64,000 nucleotides of DNA, taken from positions 858,570 through 922,569 of the forward strand of contig CAJFCJ010000019.1 of NCBI GenBank assembly GCA_904063045.1, given 5' to 3'. Shown here one piece after another: positions 32,431-52,500 of the stretch (the first letter of the stretch is position 1; each line of letters begins with the position of its first letter). The position numbers and the translations under genes were made by a program. The stretch is from Dimorphilus gyrociliatus. Its lineage: Eukaryota > Animalia > Annelida. The notes below the pieces were generated by a model. That model searched no databases. It was given only the letters and a program-made list of their open reading frames with translations, and was not told the DNA's origin.

Positions 32431-34259
32431 TTACAAAGTTGCGGCTTTTTCTAAAACTTGATTTACGAAATCCTCCTTTTTCCTTTCTAAATCTTCATCG
32501 TCAGGTACAGTAGTTAGGGCATTCTGTATTGTAGAATGAATAAATTACTTTTAGTTAGCATAGAAGACAAATGTTATATTCTACTCTTTATTCTAAGGTT
32601 AAAATTTGGTTCAGTTGTTTTCTCGCATATGTTTCGCAAATGTCTTGTTTGATTTACAGCTTTAGCAGGTATTAAAGCGATATGTCGAAAAGATTACGAT
32701 AAAACACGTACCAGTAGAAAAGTTCGTCTTGCTTCGTCGTTCTCCATGTCCAGTAGTTTATCTAAGTCAATTTCACAGTCGTAAGCATGTGTTTCCTGTT
32801 GGTATTTGTAGAACGATAAATAAAACCAGGTTCGAGTAAAAATCGGTAACAATAAAAAAAAATTGTGTAGGTGAGAAAAAAGGAGGGGGACGTAGAGAAG
32901 AATAAAAGGGCCAATTTAAAAGAGAATAAGAGGAAGGTATATAAAAGAAAAAGACAGATATTTTTACTTTTACGGAATTCCCTTACTATCAGAGTCAATA
33001 GGCGTGATCAAATAGTTGTAAAGGAAAATTTCGTATTCTATCTATATACTCTATTAAATGATATATTTTAATCACTTTGAAGAGTATGCGGCAACAAATT
33101 TCCCGTTACATATAAATACAAACAGTATAGATCCGCTATTTTGTAGGTTGTAATTTAATTTTGTTTTTTTTTTCTTTGGCTATTGACGTGGCCACAAACC
33201 GCTATTAGATTTTTTTTTAAAAGATCAAATTAAAAAAGAAAAGATCACCATTACATATTGATCTGTTGTAAATATATTCTCTAAAAGTAAGCAGAAGGTT
33301 TAACTTGTATTGAATATTTAGTAAGATACGTTTCTCAATGTTTAATTGTCTTCCTATTTCTATTATTATTATTAATAGAGTTTGGTAAAATTATACCATT
33401 CCCGTTCATACTCAATGTGGGAGGAAAAGAGTTGGACGGTATAGTTTGGTTAGAAAATTGACAAGAGTGGCTAAGGCCAGTACTATTATAGTCTTTCATT
33501 TCAATGTCAATCATTCATTCTTTAGAAAAAATCTCTCTATCGATAGATTCATATATATATATATATATATTCATATATATTGGTATATATATATACTTTA
33601 TATATATTTATATATGAGAGTTTATAAAAACGTTTGCTAATGTCGTATGCATTTGATTTATCAATAGGCTTATGAAAAAAGCATGTGAATTCATGCTTCT
33701 AGATTTTACCTATGTGCTATATATTTCCATTATTCTATATGCTCGCATTTCATACAAGGTCTTACTCTTTCGTTTAATGGAGTGACTCATCAAAAATGTC
33801 TTGTTGGGCTCATTTTCTGACGTCAACTGGTTATCCATTGACGTTTGTAGCGTGCAACGAGATACATGCAGGCCTAATTGTTATGCGGATGTCGTCTGAG
33901 ACTAATATTTACCAAAGAAGGTAAACAGTCGAAAAAAGCTCTTGACAAGTCCCTAAAGCAAATAGCTAACTAGCAGAAAAGACAGCGGACGAGTATAACT
34001 ATTTAGAGTAACGTAAGCAATTGTAACACTCATATAAATATATTTATAATACCTGAACATTGTATAATTTTTTTAATTGATCATCCATCCAAAATTCAAC
34101 GCCCAACCTCTTTCGAATAAGTTTCATTTGGTGCGCACCGTATTTCATTGTTAGAATTTTCTTTCTATCTTCTTCATACTCTCTCAAATCATCTTCGGTG
34201 TCTATAGCGACGGCCGATGGCCGTCTATCCGAATGCCTGTTTACAGTCTCGGTAGCCAT
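32431..34259 (-). CDS. PPP1R14: PKC-potentiated PP1 inhibitor (PPP1R14/CPI-17/PHI-1 family), 3 exons
   Basis: Exons 34259-34053, 32795-32712 and 32523-32431, all phase 0. Translation ...RKKILTMKYGAHQMKLIRKRLGVEFWMDDQLKKLYNVQ|ETHAYDCEIDLDKLLDMENDEARRTFLL|NALTTVPDDEDLERKKEDFVNQVLEKAATL*. The Thr of the CPI-17 TVKY phosphosite is conserved. Confidence 0.85.
33783..33825. promoter_or_regulatory. AP-1 (TGACTCA, 33783-33789) plus CRE (TGACGTCA, 33818-33825) in PPP1R14 intron 1
   Basis: Two exact bZIP consensus sites about 30 nt apart, in a GC-enriched patch of a 1.26 kb intron. Confidence 0.45.
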
Positions 34260-34675
34260 TCCAAAATTATTTTCACATATTATTGTTCGAACTCGTTCCC
34301 TGGCACTGAGAACAATGCAAATCCTTCTTCGTTTCGACAAGTAAAACTACATATAAGAACTATACAGACATACTTGCTTTATGTTGTTTTGTCATTTAGT
34401 TATGCGACGTCTAACGGTAACTAGTTACTACTGTTCGAAGGCGACATCTAGGGTCTATTTTACGCTTTTGAATTGGTTCTATTATTAATAAACTTATACA
34501 ATATATAATAATATATACAGTATAACAAATGCATACAAATATTTGTTTCCTATATGCAGTATATATATTATATATTATATAATAATTTACAATTCAAAGG
34601 GAGAATATGATAATAAAAAAACGATCTTTCTTTGTCTCTTGACAATAATTTGTATTACGGATTGAAAGAATCAAG

Positions 34676-34993
34676 TTATCTTTTCTTTTTTAGATGTTGA
34701 GCATAAGGGCTGTCATTGTTGTAGGAGACCCTAAATCTTTCAACTTTTTCGCAAGTTTCTGGAGGATGATGAGGCGTTTTTTGCTTTTGATGAACGGTAG
34801 CAGTTTTTCTTAAAAACTTGATTTCACCTCTATTCGAATAGACGCTACTCACGGTTGATTGCTTCCATTTCTTTCTTACTCTTTTTGGTTCATCAACTTG
34901 CTTATCCGATATCGCATCTTCAACCTTTTCCTCTATTAAATTACTATTAGAAGAGGAATTCGGACTAGGTTGCTTAGTCGACGAACAACCCAT
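34676..34993 (-). CDS. Small orphan protein (105 aa) with N-terminal MGCSSTK myristoylation/palmitoylation motif
   Basis: Uninterrupted, hydrophilic ATG-started ORF in AT-rich DNA, with a Gly2/Cys3 lipidation-type start. No family recognised. Confidence 0.55.
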   Translation of the reverse strand: MGCSSTKQPSPNSSSNSNLIEEKVEDAISDKQVDEPKRVRKKWKQSTVSSVYSNRGEIKFLRKTATVHQKQKTPHHPPETCEKVERFRVSYNNDSPYAQHLKKKR

Positions 34994-35320
34994 AGCTGGC
35001 TTGTAAGGTAGGTTTGATCTTAAAAGTTTCGTGACGTTTCTATTCGAATTTGGATTAGTTTAAAAGAAAAACATCGATCTTAGACATTTATACATAGCTT
35101 TTAAGGTATTACTCTCCTTTCAGAATTATAAAATAAAAGAACACACGCACTCAAACAATGTATATATAAACAGGTATAACTATTCAGGCACGTTGTGGAA
35201 TGTACGAAACATATAAAAATATCAATTTACTTGGAACTTGTTTTATTAATTATTTAATTAGATTCTGTTTATAGTAACAAAAAGAAAAAATAGAAATATA
35301 AAAAGCTAATCATATATAAT

Positions 35321-42256
<6,936 letters not shown>

Positions 42257-43164
42257 AAACTTTCGCCTGTTTGCTGCAAAATGACAGCAATTGCAGATAG
42301 CCGCAACACCTAGCGGGTTTTATCGCAACTCTAATATGTCTAGTAGCTCATTTTTTTTAAAACTCGGTAGTTTCCTAATTCTCTAAACCCTAGTAGATAT
42401 TTTCTGTGTAATTAGCATCCACATTTCTCATTATATGTGGTTCTACAAGGAAATATTTTCCCTTACAAAAAACATATTATCCATTAACGGTTACTGATAA
42501 GTCTGACAGCTTTACACAAGCTGCAAAGGAAAACGATTTATCGATGCGAAAAAAAAGCAGTTGGCCTTTCGAATTTTTATCCACCTTTTCAAATAATTTC
42601 TTATTTCGATAACTAATAAATTAGTAGGGAAAGGCAGGAAGAAAGAAAAAAAGAAAGAAAGAACAAAATCCTAATTTATATTTACCGCTTTTAAATTCTA
42701 AATGAGTAGGGAAAAATCAAATAAACACTTGTTTTATACTTGCATAAACTGCAAAAATTTAAGGTTAATATGTAGTCTTAGACTGTATATATTGTAATTT
42801 ATCTTTTATCTGGGTTTGTCATCACGAAAATTGAAATTTTCACTCTATTTATAGATTATAATTATAGGCTAAATTTTAACGTTATATGTCTTAAGCTTTC
42901 CTTTCCTTTATTAATATCCCTTCCTCCATTCCTTTTATTATTTGGTCGACTTACAATTTACTTAGTCTTCATCATTTAAATTTTTCTCTTCCTTCCCTCC
43001 TATCGTATAATAACTACTAATAAAGTATAGAGCAACTTTAAGCCTTCACGGATAATACTGAAACAATAAAAAAAAACAATGAAAGAGATATTGACCACAA
43101 GGATTTTAGAAAGATTGTATCCCACCACCACTACCACCCCTCTCCACCCTTTTTCTTTATCTTT

Positions 43165-43165
<1 letters not shown>

Positions 43166-43218
<53 letters not shown>
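43166..43218. repeat. (GA)n microsatellite
   Basis: Direct reading; shorter GA tracts at about 8026-8044, 21580-21606 and 46170-46190. Confidence 0.9.
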
Positions 43219-45095
43219 AGAGAGAGTGAGTGAGAGAGAAAATTCGTGAAAGAGCAGAGAAATACAAAATTACTAGATGGAAAAGAAAAATAAAAGTATA
43301 TTGACTTATTAACTCTTTCAAAGAAATAAAGGTAATATTTAAGAATTTTTCCATACTCATTTAATTAAGATAATTTTTCATAAAATTTTTAACAAGTTCT
43401 TTTGATTTTCCTCTAAAAAATTTCTTTTAAATGAAAAATCGCTCCTTAGAAGCGTCTAACCTTTCTTCTAAAAGGTTTTATTTATTCTTTTTAAACAGAT
43501 CCTATATTTCTTATAATTTCTTTTTAGTTTTTATGAAAAATATACCATTTGATTTATATTTTAGCATAGATTATTACAATATCCTAGGCAATTCATTCGG
43601 AGAATTGTAATCACTATATTAAAGAAAAAGGCGGAAATACTTTATTGATGCATGATGACGCCAATAGAGAACAATACAATGTGTTATAATGTCCGAAATA
43701 CCTCTAAAAGCTTTACTCTGTTTCCCATACAAAAAAAAGCCCTAAGTAATTATACAAGGAGGCGCCAATGTCTAGATGTAAACTACTGATACGGATATTT
43801 GTCTTGAATCTCACTACCTTTTCTTATATTACAAACCAAGCCTATTAATCGGTGATATCTTAAAAGTTTATAGGATAAATAGCTTTTATAACATCTCATA
43901 ATCCTTCTTAATATATGTTTAAAGTATATGGGTTTAAATATATTAATATCAACACGTAGCAAAAAGTTAATGTATTAAATGAGAAAGAGAATTGAAATCA
44001 AGTTATTTTAAAAATTACTTCGTCAAAATAATTGAAATTAAGTAGAATCAGTTAGATTTATAGTACATTTTGCTATATACAGTATATATGTATACTATTA
44101 ACTATAAGAATTTTCAACGAATAATACAATGCTTGTTTAATAACAAGAGAAACTTTAGAAACCTTAGTAAAGCCAGTAAGATGAGATGATTATCTCTTAT
44201 TAGTGGAAGCCTATGTATTTACATATGTACATTTTCTGTCAAATGAATATAAAAAAACCTACTGTAGATTGACTACTGTTCCATGAAAATATTGTATTCA
44301 TATACAGTATTGAAAAAAGAAACTGAAAATATTTCTATTTTCAAAACGAATAAAAAGAGCTAAAGGAATATAATTAAAAGTCTGAAATGGGGGAGAAAAG
44401 GAAAGAAAACAAGGAGCAATATTTTATAAACTGTATACTATTTTTTTTTGCTTATTATAAATATATATATATACAATAAATATTTCATTTATATCGTTTC
44501 TAGTAATAGTTTTAATACTGTAGTAAGTCATTATTGTAATAAAGTAATTAACATTCTGTCAAAATAATTTCATTATGACAAACTATTCCTATTTTTAGTT
44601 TGCTCATTTGGAAATTTGGTATAGATTTATTATTATTACGAGACATTAAATGATAATCCTCATCTTGTAACTTAGAAAAAGATCGTTAAGTAGTCTATGG
44701 AGTACGATATCGCCTTTAGACGCCTTATAGGCAACTTAAAGGATTTGGCTTTCGCTCACTCTACTATTCTTATATATGAAATTTCATTCGCTGCTTTTGC
44801 TTTATCAATACAATGCCCGGTCTTAATTGCTTAATTTATTGTAGGTGGCGTAGCTGTTAAATAGAAACTTGTAAGTCAAAAAAAAAAACGATACAAGAGA
44901 ATTAAAGGGGAAAAACAAGGATAAATACTAGTGGTATTTATAGTAGTAGTAGAGGGTTAAGAGGTTTTCTTTTACTTAACTATTGTCAGTAAGATTTTTC
45001 TTATTTTTAGATTTCAGCTATCTATTTATTATGAATCTAGTTGTGATAAGCTAAAATATATTAATTGTAATAAAATGACTTTTGATAAGCCTAAA

Positions 45096-45126
<31 letters not shown>

Positions 45127-48100
45127 TATATACTATTTTATACATAACTATATCTATAAGTGTATGTTGACAAAACCTAAAGAACAGCATTACTTGCCAT
45201 ATTCTTGGAATTTGACGTGACTAGAAAGGCAAACAATTTATTCCTCTTTCAGCTTCACTATATATTTATATATGCAATACAATCGCCATATTAGATTGTT
45301 AAAATGTTTTCTTAATACTTATCAAATCGTAAGCAAAGTTCTTTTATCTTTAACTTCCCTATAATAAATATTCTTATTACTTTTTCTAAAAGAGTATATA
45401 CAGTATACTGTATATATATATATAAATGTATATATATACTGTATATATATATATTAATATATACATTTATATAGATTTATTAATTCATTAAATATAATGT
45501 TAAAATAAATAAAAATTGTCTGTGGTGCCACCTTGAGTTTAACATTTTCATTTTCATTTTTATGGAATATTATCCATTGACCGATTAGGAGTCTTTCACA
45601 ATTTCAAAATGTTTTTTTTCATCTGGCTTCTTTTTAACTTCTAATTGTCGATTGAATGTAATACGTTCTAGTAAAGTAAACATATGTGACATATATAGAT
45701 TACAGATTGCCGAAATATTCTATCAAATTACAACAAAAAGGAACCTTAAATTTTTCTATCAACTTTTTAATATAATTTTTTTTTTATGTTGAATGGCTTA
45801 GTAATCGTTAACTAAGGCTTAAAATTACATAAAATCATCCCTTTCTTTCTCCAGCTTTCAACTCTCTATCATCTTTCATCTCTTATCCTCAATTAGAATA
45901 TGAACAATTTTCGCTCTCATTTAGATAAATGAATGAAATTCGATGAAGAATAATTGTGTATTGAAAGATGATGTCGCTTAAGACTTTGAAAGATAATTCT
46001 TTTTTTGTGATTAAACAGCCAGAAAGTTAGTTTTTTCAGTATTCTTATATAGGCTTTATAAATTTTTAGGGAGTAGCTTACAGGTTGTTGTGATTGTCTT
46101 TCTTTTAAAGATATTTTTTAAATATTTTGCACTCTTTAAATAGAAAAGATAAGAGAAAAGTGGGCGAAAGAGAGAGAGAGAGAGAGAGACAGACTGAAAG
46201 GGAATGATAGCCGGACAGAGGGAAAGAGAGATATATTTGCTCAAGTAAGATAAAAGATGGAAAAGAAGAGGAAAAAGTTAACAAATTTGCAAATCTTTTC
46301 TGGAGATGTTTTGCAAAAGCAAACACATTTTACCTTCTAACGCTAGAGGCGTCTATGAGAAATAATATTGAATTAGTCTCTACTAACGTCCTCTCCTAAA
46401 AGAATCGTAACTTTCTTGTTTCAAGTACTCGTATCGTTTTCCTTCGTTTCTTGTTTGGTCTATATTAACACTTACAGCTGTTAGATTTTTTAGAATAAGA
46501 ATTACAGAAGAGACAAATTTCGAAAGAAGAAAAATTGAAAGAGGAAGAAATGAAGAAGACGGAGAAGAGGAAGGAGGAGAAAAAGAGTTTTTTAACTTAG
46601 AAATTAGCTATTGTTTAGTATTAATATGTACGACCAAATTGTTTTCTTGTCAAAAAAGAACATACAAATAAACTAAATTCTATAAACAAATAAGAAGAAT
46701 GGTCTATAAAATCAAGCATTTTCAAGTTCTTCTCTCTTTGGACGAAGAGCAATTGTTTTTCTTTCATTTAAATAATTAAACTTAGGAAGGAATCTTGACA
46801 GTTTTCAGGAAATTATAAAGAAAGTCAATGGGATAACTTATATTACAATATGACATTCTCTTTAACTATATAGTCAAACTTTTTAGGAAGATGCTTTCAT
46901 TTTTTAACTCTTTCATCCGTCAAATAAACAATGTACTTCTTAGCATCTATGCTCAGCCATATTCTATCAAATATTCGCTTCTTTTCTTCTTCTTCTCTCA
47001 TTTTCTGTCTAAAAGTTTATAAGAAATTTATATTTGGTGCCGGTTTGTTTATAAAACAAAGAATAGATAAAAGTGAAATTTGCTAATCGACGAGTTAACT
47101 TTTCTCTTTTCCTTTATAAAATTCGGCATAAGAGGATAAACCGGTTTCAATCATTCATTTATATATAATGTTGACAGATAGAATTAAGATAAGCGATAAA
47201 AAAGCACCATGTTGCAGATACGTTTGAAGAGTACATCTCTCTCTCTCTTCTGCGTAGGATGATGGATAAAAGGGAAAACAACAAAAACATCTAAATTTTA
47301 TATCCTTTTTGACTGTTGTTAATTAAAAAATCATAAAAATGAGAAGAGTACAAATTATAACATTTTCTTATCTTACCAGCCATTCAAATCTATGTTACAG
47401 TTATATTTATATTGTTATTTAAAATAGCATTACGCATTATTAAACAAACAATACATTAAATAATGTATTTATCTTCGAATAAGCATTAAATTGGTTATTT
47501 AAATAATAGGAAAAGTTTCATGTATTATACGCAATATATCTTTTTGTATATGTTGTATAGTATGATACGTAACAGAGAAATTGAAGGTTTAAAGGTGTTG
47601 AACTGGACGAAAATATCTACAACAAGGACCTTATGTTTACCCCCGGTTGGAATAAGGTGACAACGGAAAACATGTCTATGTTTTTACGAGTTCACCCTAT
47701 TCAGTTACAAAGTAAACTTTTAACTTTTTCTTTTTGTCATTAAAAACTTTACAACCTTTTATGTTCTATATATTTCTTTTGTTCTTAAATTACTATTTTG
47801 ATTTCTATTTTATCAATTATTGCTTAACATATCATTTATCTTGCTTATTTTTTCTTTAATTTAGAAATTAACCCTTGACTCTTTCATTGAAATTTAAGTA
47901 ATTATATATTAATTTACCACTAGATGTCATTAGAACTATGGGTTGCCCATGGCTCTCTTCCCTATCTCTCTCTCGCTCTCTCTCTCTCTAGCTCTCGATC
48001 TCTAGCTCTCGCTCTGTCTGTCTGTCTGTCTGTCTGCTATTTATTTATGCGTATATGACTTTTTACCCCTCTCTTACGGACCTTGGTAATGCCATCTAGC

Positions 48101-48713
48101 GTTTATATCTCATTAAAAGTTGACTTTAAGATTGTTCTTATTATAATATTAATAGGATTATATTAAATGTCACGTATAGGGAATTATCGGTCAATAGTCG
48201 AACGAGTATCTCTATTAAAGTAAGAGATGAGAACGAGATACACAAGGGAGAAGGGAATTAATTGAGTATAGGAAGAAAAGATGTTCAGCCTCAACGCCAA
48301 TATCTAATGCATTCGGTGCATTTACTTGATTTGATTTAGTGGTTAACCTGATAACGCCACTTAAAGATATTCACAAAAGGAATAAAAAGCCCAATACCTA
48401 TTCAGTGAACTTGTCAAACAGAGTGCAGCCTCATTACTGTAAACCTATCATTTTAAAGAAATTAAATTTTACGTCCCTCCTCTCTCGTTCTCTCTTCTAC
48501 AACTCTCTTTCACTTTCTTCTTTCTTTAAAAGTCATTAATAAACTTAATTACATAAACAAGTAACAGATTTTACTATATTTTTGACCTATTGGTAAAAAC
48601 AGCTCGTGCCTTCTTGATAATTTCTAGACATCCTTTTTATTGAAGTAAATTATTTTTTCTCGGAAAAGATATAAAGTTAGACAGCCAGACAGAGTATGTG
48701 CGTGTGTGTCAGT

Positions 48714-48716
<3 letters not shown>

Positions 48717-48782
<66 letters not shown>

Positions 48783-48804
48783 GGAGAGAGAGGGAGAGAG
48801 AGAG
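48717..48804. repeat. Imperfect (GA)n microsatellite
   Basis: Direct reading. Confidence 0.9.
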
Positions 48805-49555
48805 TAAGATGGGCGGGGTTAGCTTTTGGGAAACTCATCTAATCTGAAACCCTTTCGAACTTTTTAACTCTGTATCTTTCAAACCGTGCATGCGAAATAG
48901 TTCTAACGGAAGAAAAGTGCCAAAATAAAATTAATTCGATAACTGACTATTTCTTGCTAAGTTTTATTAACTGATATAAATTATATGATTTGGCATTGTG
49001 CCAAATATAAAAATATAAAATATATATATAAATATCTAATATATATATATATATAAATTATAAATAGGTCCATTGCATGGATTCGTATAAAAGGCACAAA
49101 ATAAAAGTTGTTAAGTGTCAAGTTGCGTTCATGGCATGCTATATAGCTATATTACTTTTTTCTTGTGAAAAGACCATATGAGGGCCGAACAAATCGCCTT
49201 TTGGATATTAATTTTGGCAATCTCCTGATAATTAATCAGCCTACTTTGATTTAAGTCTAAAGGATAATAAAGGGAGCGTTTAAAGCTATCATAAAAGTTT
49301 TTATAATGTATAAGGAATAGGGAAAGGGATGAAGTAAAGGAGGGAATTTTACTGATTTGTACCTAGTTTTTATATACATTTATTTTGGTTATTAGACTCT
49401 TTTTTTTGGGCTGGTCTGTAAAAAAAATGGATAAAATAAAGATGTTGCAGACTATGTCGGACAGGTTTTAATTAGTTACACTACAGGGAAAGAGGGCGCT
49501 TTGTGAAAGAAACACGATCCGGCGCCGGCGCGCCGTGTCAGTCAGGGGAGTGAGA

Positions 49556-52500
49556 ATGTTGGAGAAAGTTCGAAAGTTTGTCATCGTCGCCGTTTTGCTA
49601 TCGGCGTTCACTTTGACAAACTGTGAACTAGTGTTCAAGTATGGACCGAGATTGGATGAAAAATTGAAAACCTTAGAAGATGACCAAATGTCCTTGGAAC
49701 TCGACTCCTCATTCCGTTTCTTTGGAACAGACTACTTTTCGGCAACTGTAAGTTCATATCTAGAGATAGGAATCTATTAGCCGTCTACGTATAGCATAAA
49801 TATTTATATAAAGCGCTTATCTTCCGCAAAAAATCTTGGACCGCTTCCCTAAAAGTTTGTCGAAGGGCGAAAGTGCAGCTGGTTTAATTAGTCACAGGCA
49901 GGAATCTTCTCGCCTCCCGTTAATCATCCTACAAATATATTTACCCATTAAATACGCTCAGCGGTCTCTTTATTCTCTTTATCAGTAAAAACTGCACTAA
50001 TTTTTTTTCTTTTATCGGGCGCGCCCCGAAATTCGAGTTCTATAAAAGTCTAATCGTTTGTTGCTATTATTTCTTCTTTAGAAATCAAACACCGGGTTAT
50101 CGTTTGATTTTTCTTTATTATAAATATCTACAAACTTTTTTCCTCTCTCCATACCTAATGGAAACTATTTGTTCTCTCGCTCTTATTCCAGTTTGTACAC
50201 GCTTGATAAACTAGGTCAGAAACCAGCGTATACGCATCTTTACAAACTATATACCGGCGTTCGCCAAAAGTTTATTTAAAGGAAAAAAATTTCTTTACGA
50301 AAACTGAGGAAATTGAGAATAAATAGGGATTTAATGCCATTTTAAGGCTTGCATAGAGTATCTTATTACAGCAATAAATGTCAAACTTTCGGCATCAACC
50401 TTATCTAATACTATGGTTAGCATGAAAAGGGCGTGTATATAGTTGAATGTCAGAATTTCGACAGGTACATGCGAAAGGTTTCGTTACCCTTCATCCAAGT
50501 ATCCAAACTTATAATCCGGGGATTAATTTGGAGAAGACAAAAGCTTTTATCGGACCCTTCTACTCAGATATAAGCTTACCGATAAACGGATCTGTTTGGT
50601 ATAGAAAGACAAATGATCCATCTACTCTTGAAACATTTAGATCCCTACTAATTAAGGCGAGGTTGTCAGCAGACGACGCTTCGGATATAAAAGATGTTTT
50701 CGTCTTCACATGGGAAAAGGTTGGAAAAATGGAAGAAAGATCAAACATACCGGAAACGAATACTTTTCAATTAGCGCTCGCTCGTAAAATGAATAAATAT
50801 TATGTATTTATTCAATACGAAAGAATTGAATGGACTGTTGTACAAACATCCGATATGTTTTCAAAACCTTTAGCCGCATTAAGTGATGGTTTTGGCAAAG
50901 TTATTACTCTTCCTGGTTCCGGAACAATTAATACGCAAAATTTGGTGAAATATTCCAATATTGGTGAAGCTGGAAAGTTTCTTTTTGACGTTTCAATGGA
51001 AAAAGTTTATCCAACAAACTTTGAAATGGTTGCAAAGAAATTGAATTGCCAAAAAGGTAGTGCATTTTGCAGTGCTCAAAAAGGTGTAGAATGTATACCA
51101 CATTATGAAGGATTTTGCTGTAGCAGCTGCCCAAAAGGTTCTGTTGGGAACGGTTTTAATTGTGTTAAATTACCAGTAGGCGAAGCAAACCAAAATTATA
51201 TCTGGTACTTTAGTCATGCGCTGTCAGTAAGTTTGAATGGTGAAAAGGGAACTTTCAAACTACAAGTATTAGAAGAAGGAAGCGGCGAGCATTACATGTT
51301 CCTAAACGAATTGGACGGAGTTACCAGCCGGAAAGAAATACTTATGAAATTACTTCCAATTTCGCCATTAGGTTTCGTTTTCTTTTGGTTACATGGACCA
51401 GGATTCAATGGATTCGAATTAACCGGCGGCAATTTGAGAAGAAAAGCCAGAATTTATAAACGAAATGATCGTAGCTTCAATATAACTATAGACCAAAACC
51501 TCGAGGCAGCTGACGATAATTGGCCGTACGTGACGACGACTATTACCGGAAACCTTCCGGCCGGAAATGAGAGAGACTGGTTCCTTTCGGAAGAAATCAA
51601 TACTTTCCGCTACATCCGAGTAGGAAGAGGAAAATACACAATGAATAATCCATTAAAGATTCAGAATAAAGAAACAAAAGTTTTCGTTGATTATGAAGTT
51701 AGAGATGAAATTGTGTTTGATGAATGTAAGGAAAGGAATGACATTCCAGAATTTCATCTTAGTTTGAGCATGTTGTCGAATTGGTACGAAAGTGATCTCA
51801 ACAGATGGTCTTTTATATACAAGGGCAGCATTGTGATGAACAGCGACAGCCCATGCGTTAAAAATAAAATAGATTGCGGTCCGAATGGGCATTGCGCATA
51901 TAATTCGTTTTCAACTAAATGTGAATGTAATGTCGGGTATGAAGAAGACGTTCGTGGTCATCCTTGTATTGATACGGATGAATGCTACACATCGGACCCT
52001 TGCGACCCTAATGCTTTTTGCCAAAATACTCCAGGCAGTTTCACTTGCACTTGTAAATCCGGTTATATTGGTGATGGACAAGTTTGTAATCCCATTGACA
52101 ATAATTTATGTGGAGGAAAAGTCTGTATAGAAAACGAAGAGTGTTGGGAAAACAAATGTGAATGTAAACATGGTTACGAAAGAGATGAAGGAACTTATCT
52201 ATGCGTTAGCAAAAGTAAGTTTAGGAGATTCGCAATAAATTATACGCTTGACCTTTTCAGCATTCCACATCCTTTTTAATTTCTCTTACCCTTAATTTAA
52301 TTAGATTTATGTAACGGAGTAATTTGCCCTGAAAGTGAAGAATGTAAAAGAGATTACAGTGGGAAAGATTACTGCGATTGCAAACAGGATTATGTCCGTA
52401 AGCAGGGTGTTTGCGTCTGGTCAACTGACAAATGCGCTGGATTCTGTACTGAAGATGAAGAGTGTAGAGAGGAACAGCAACGCTTCTATTGCGTGTGCGT

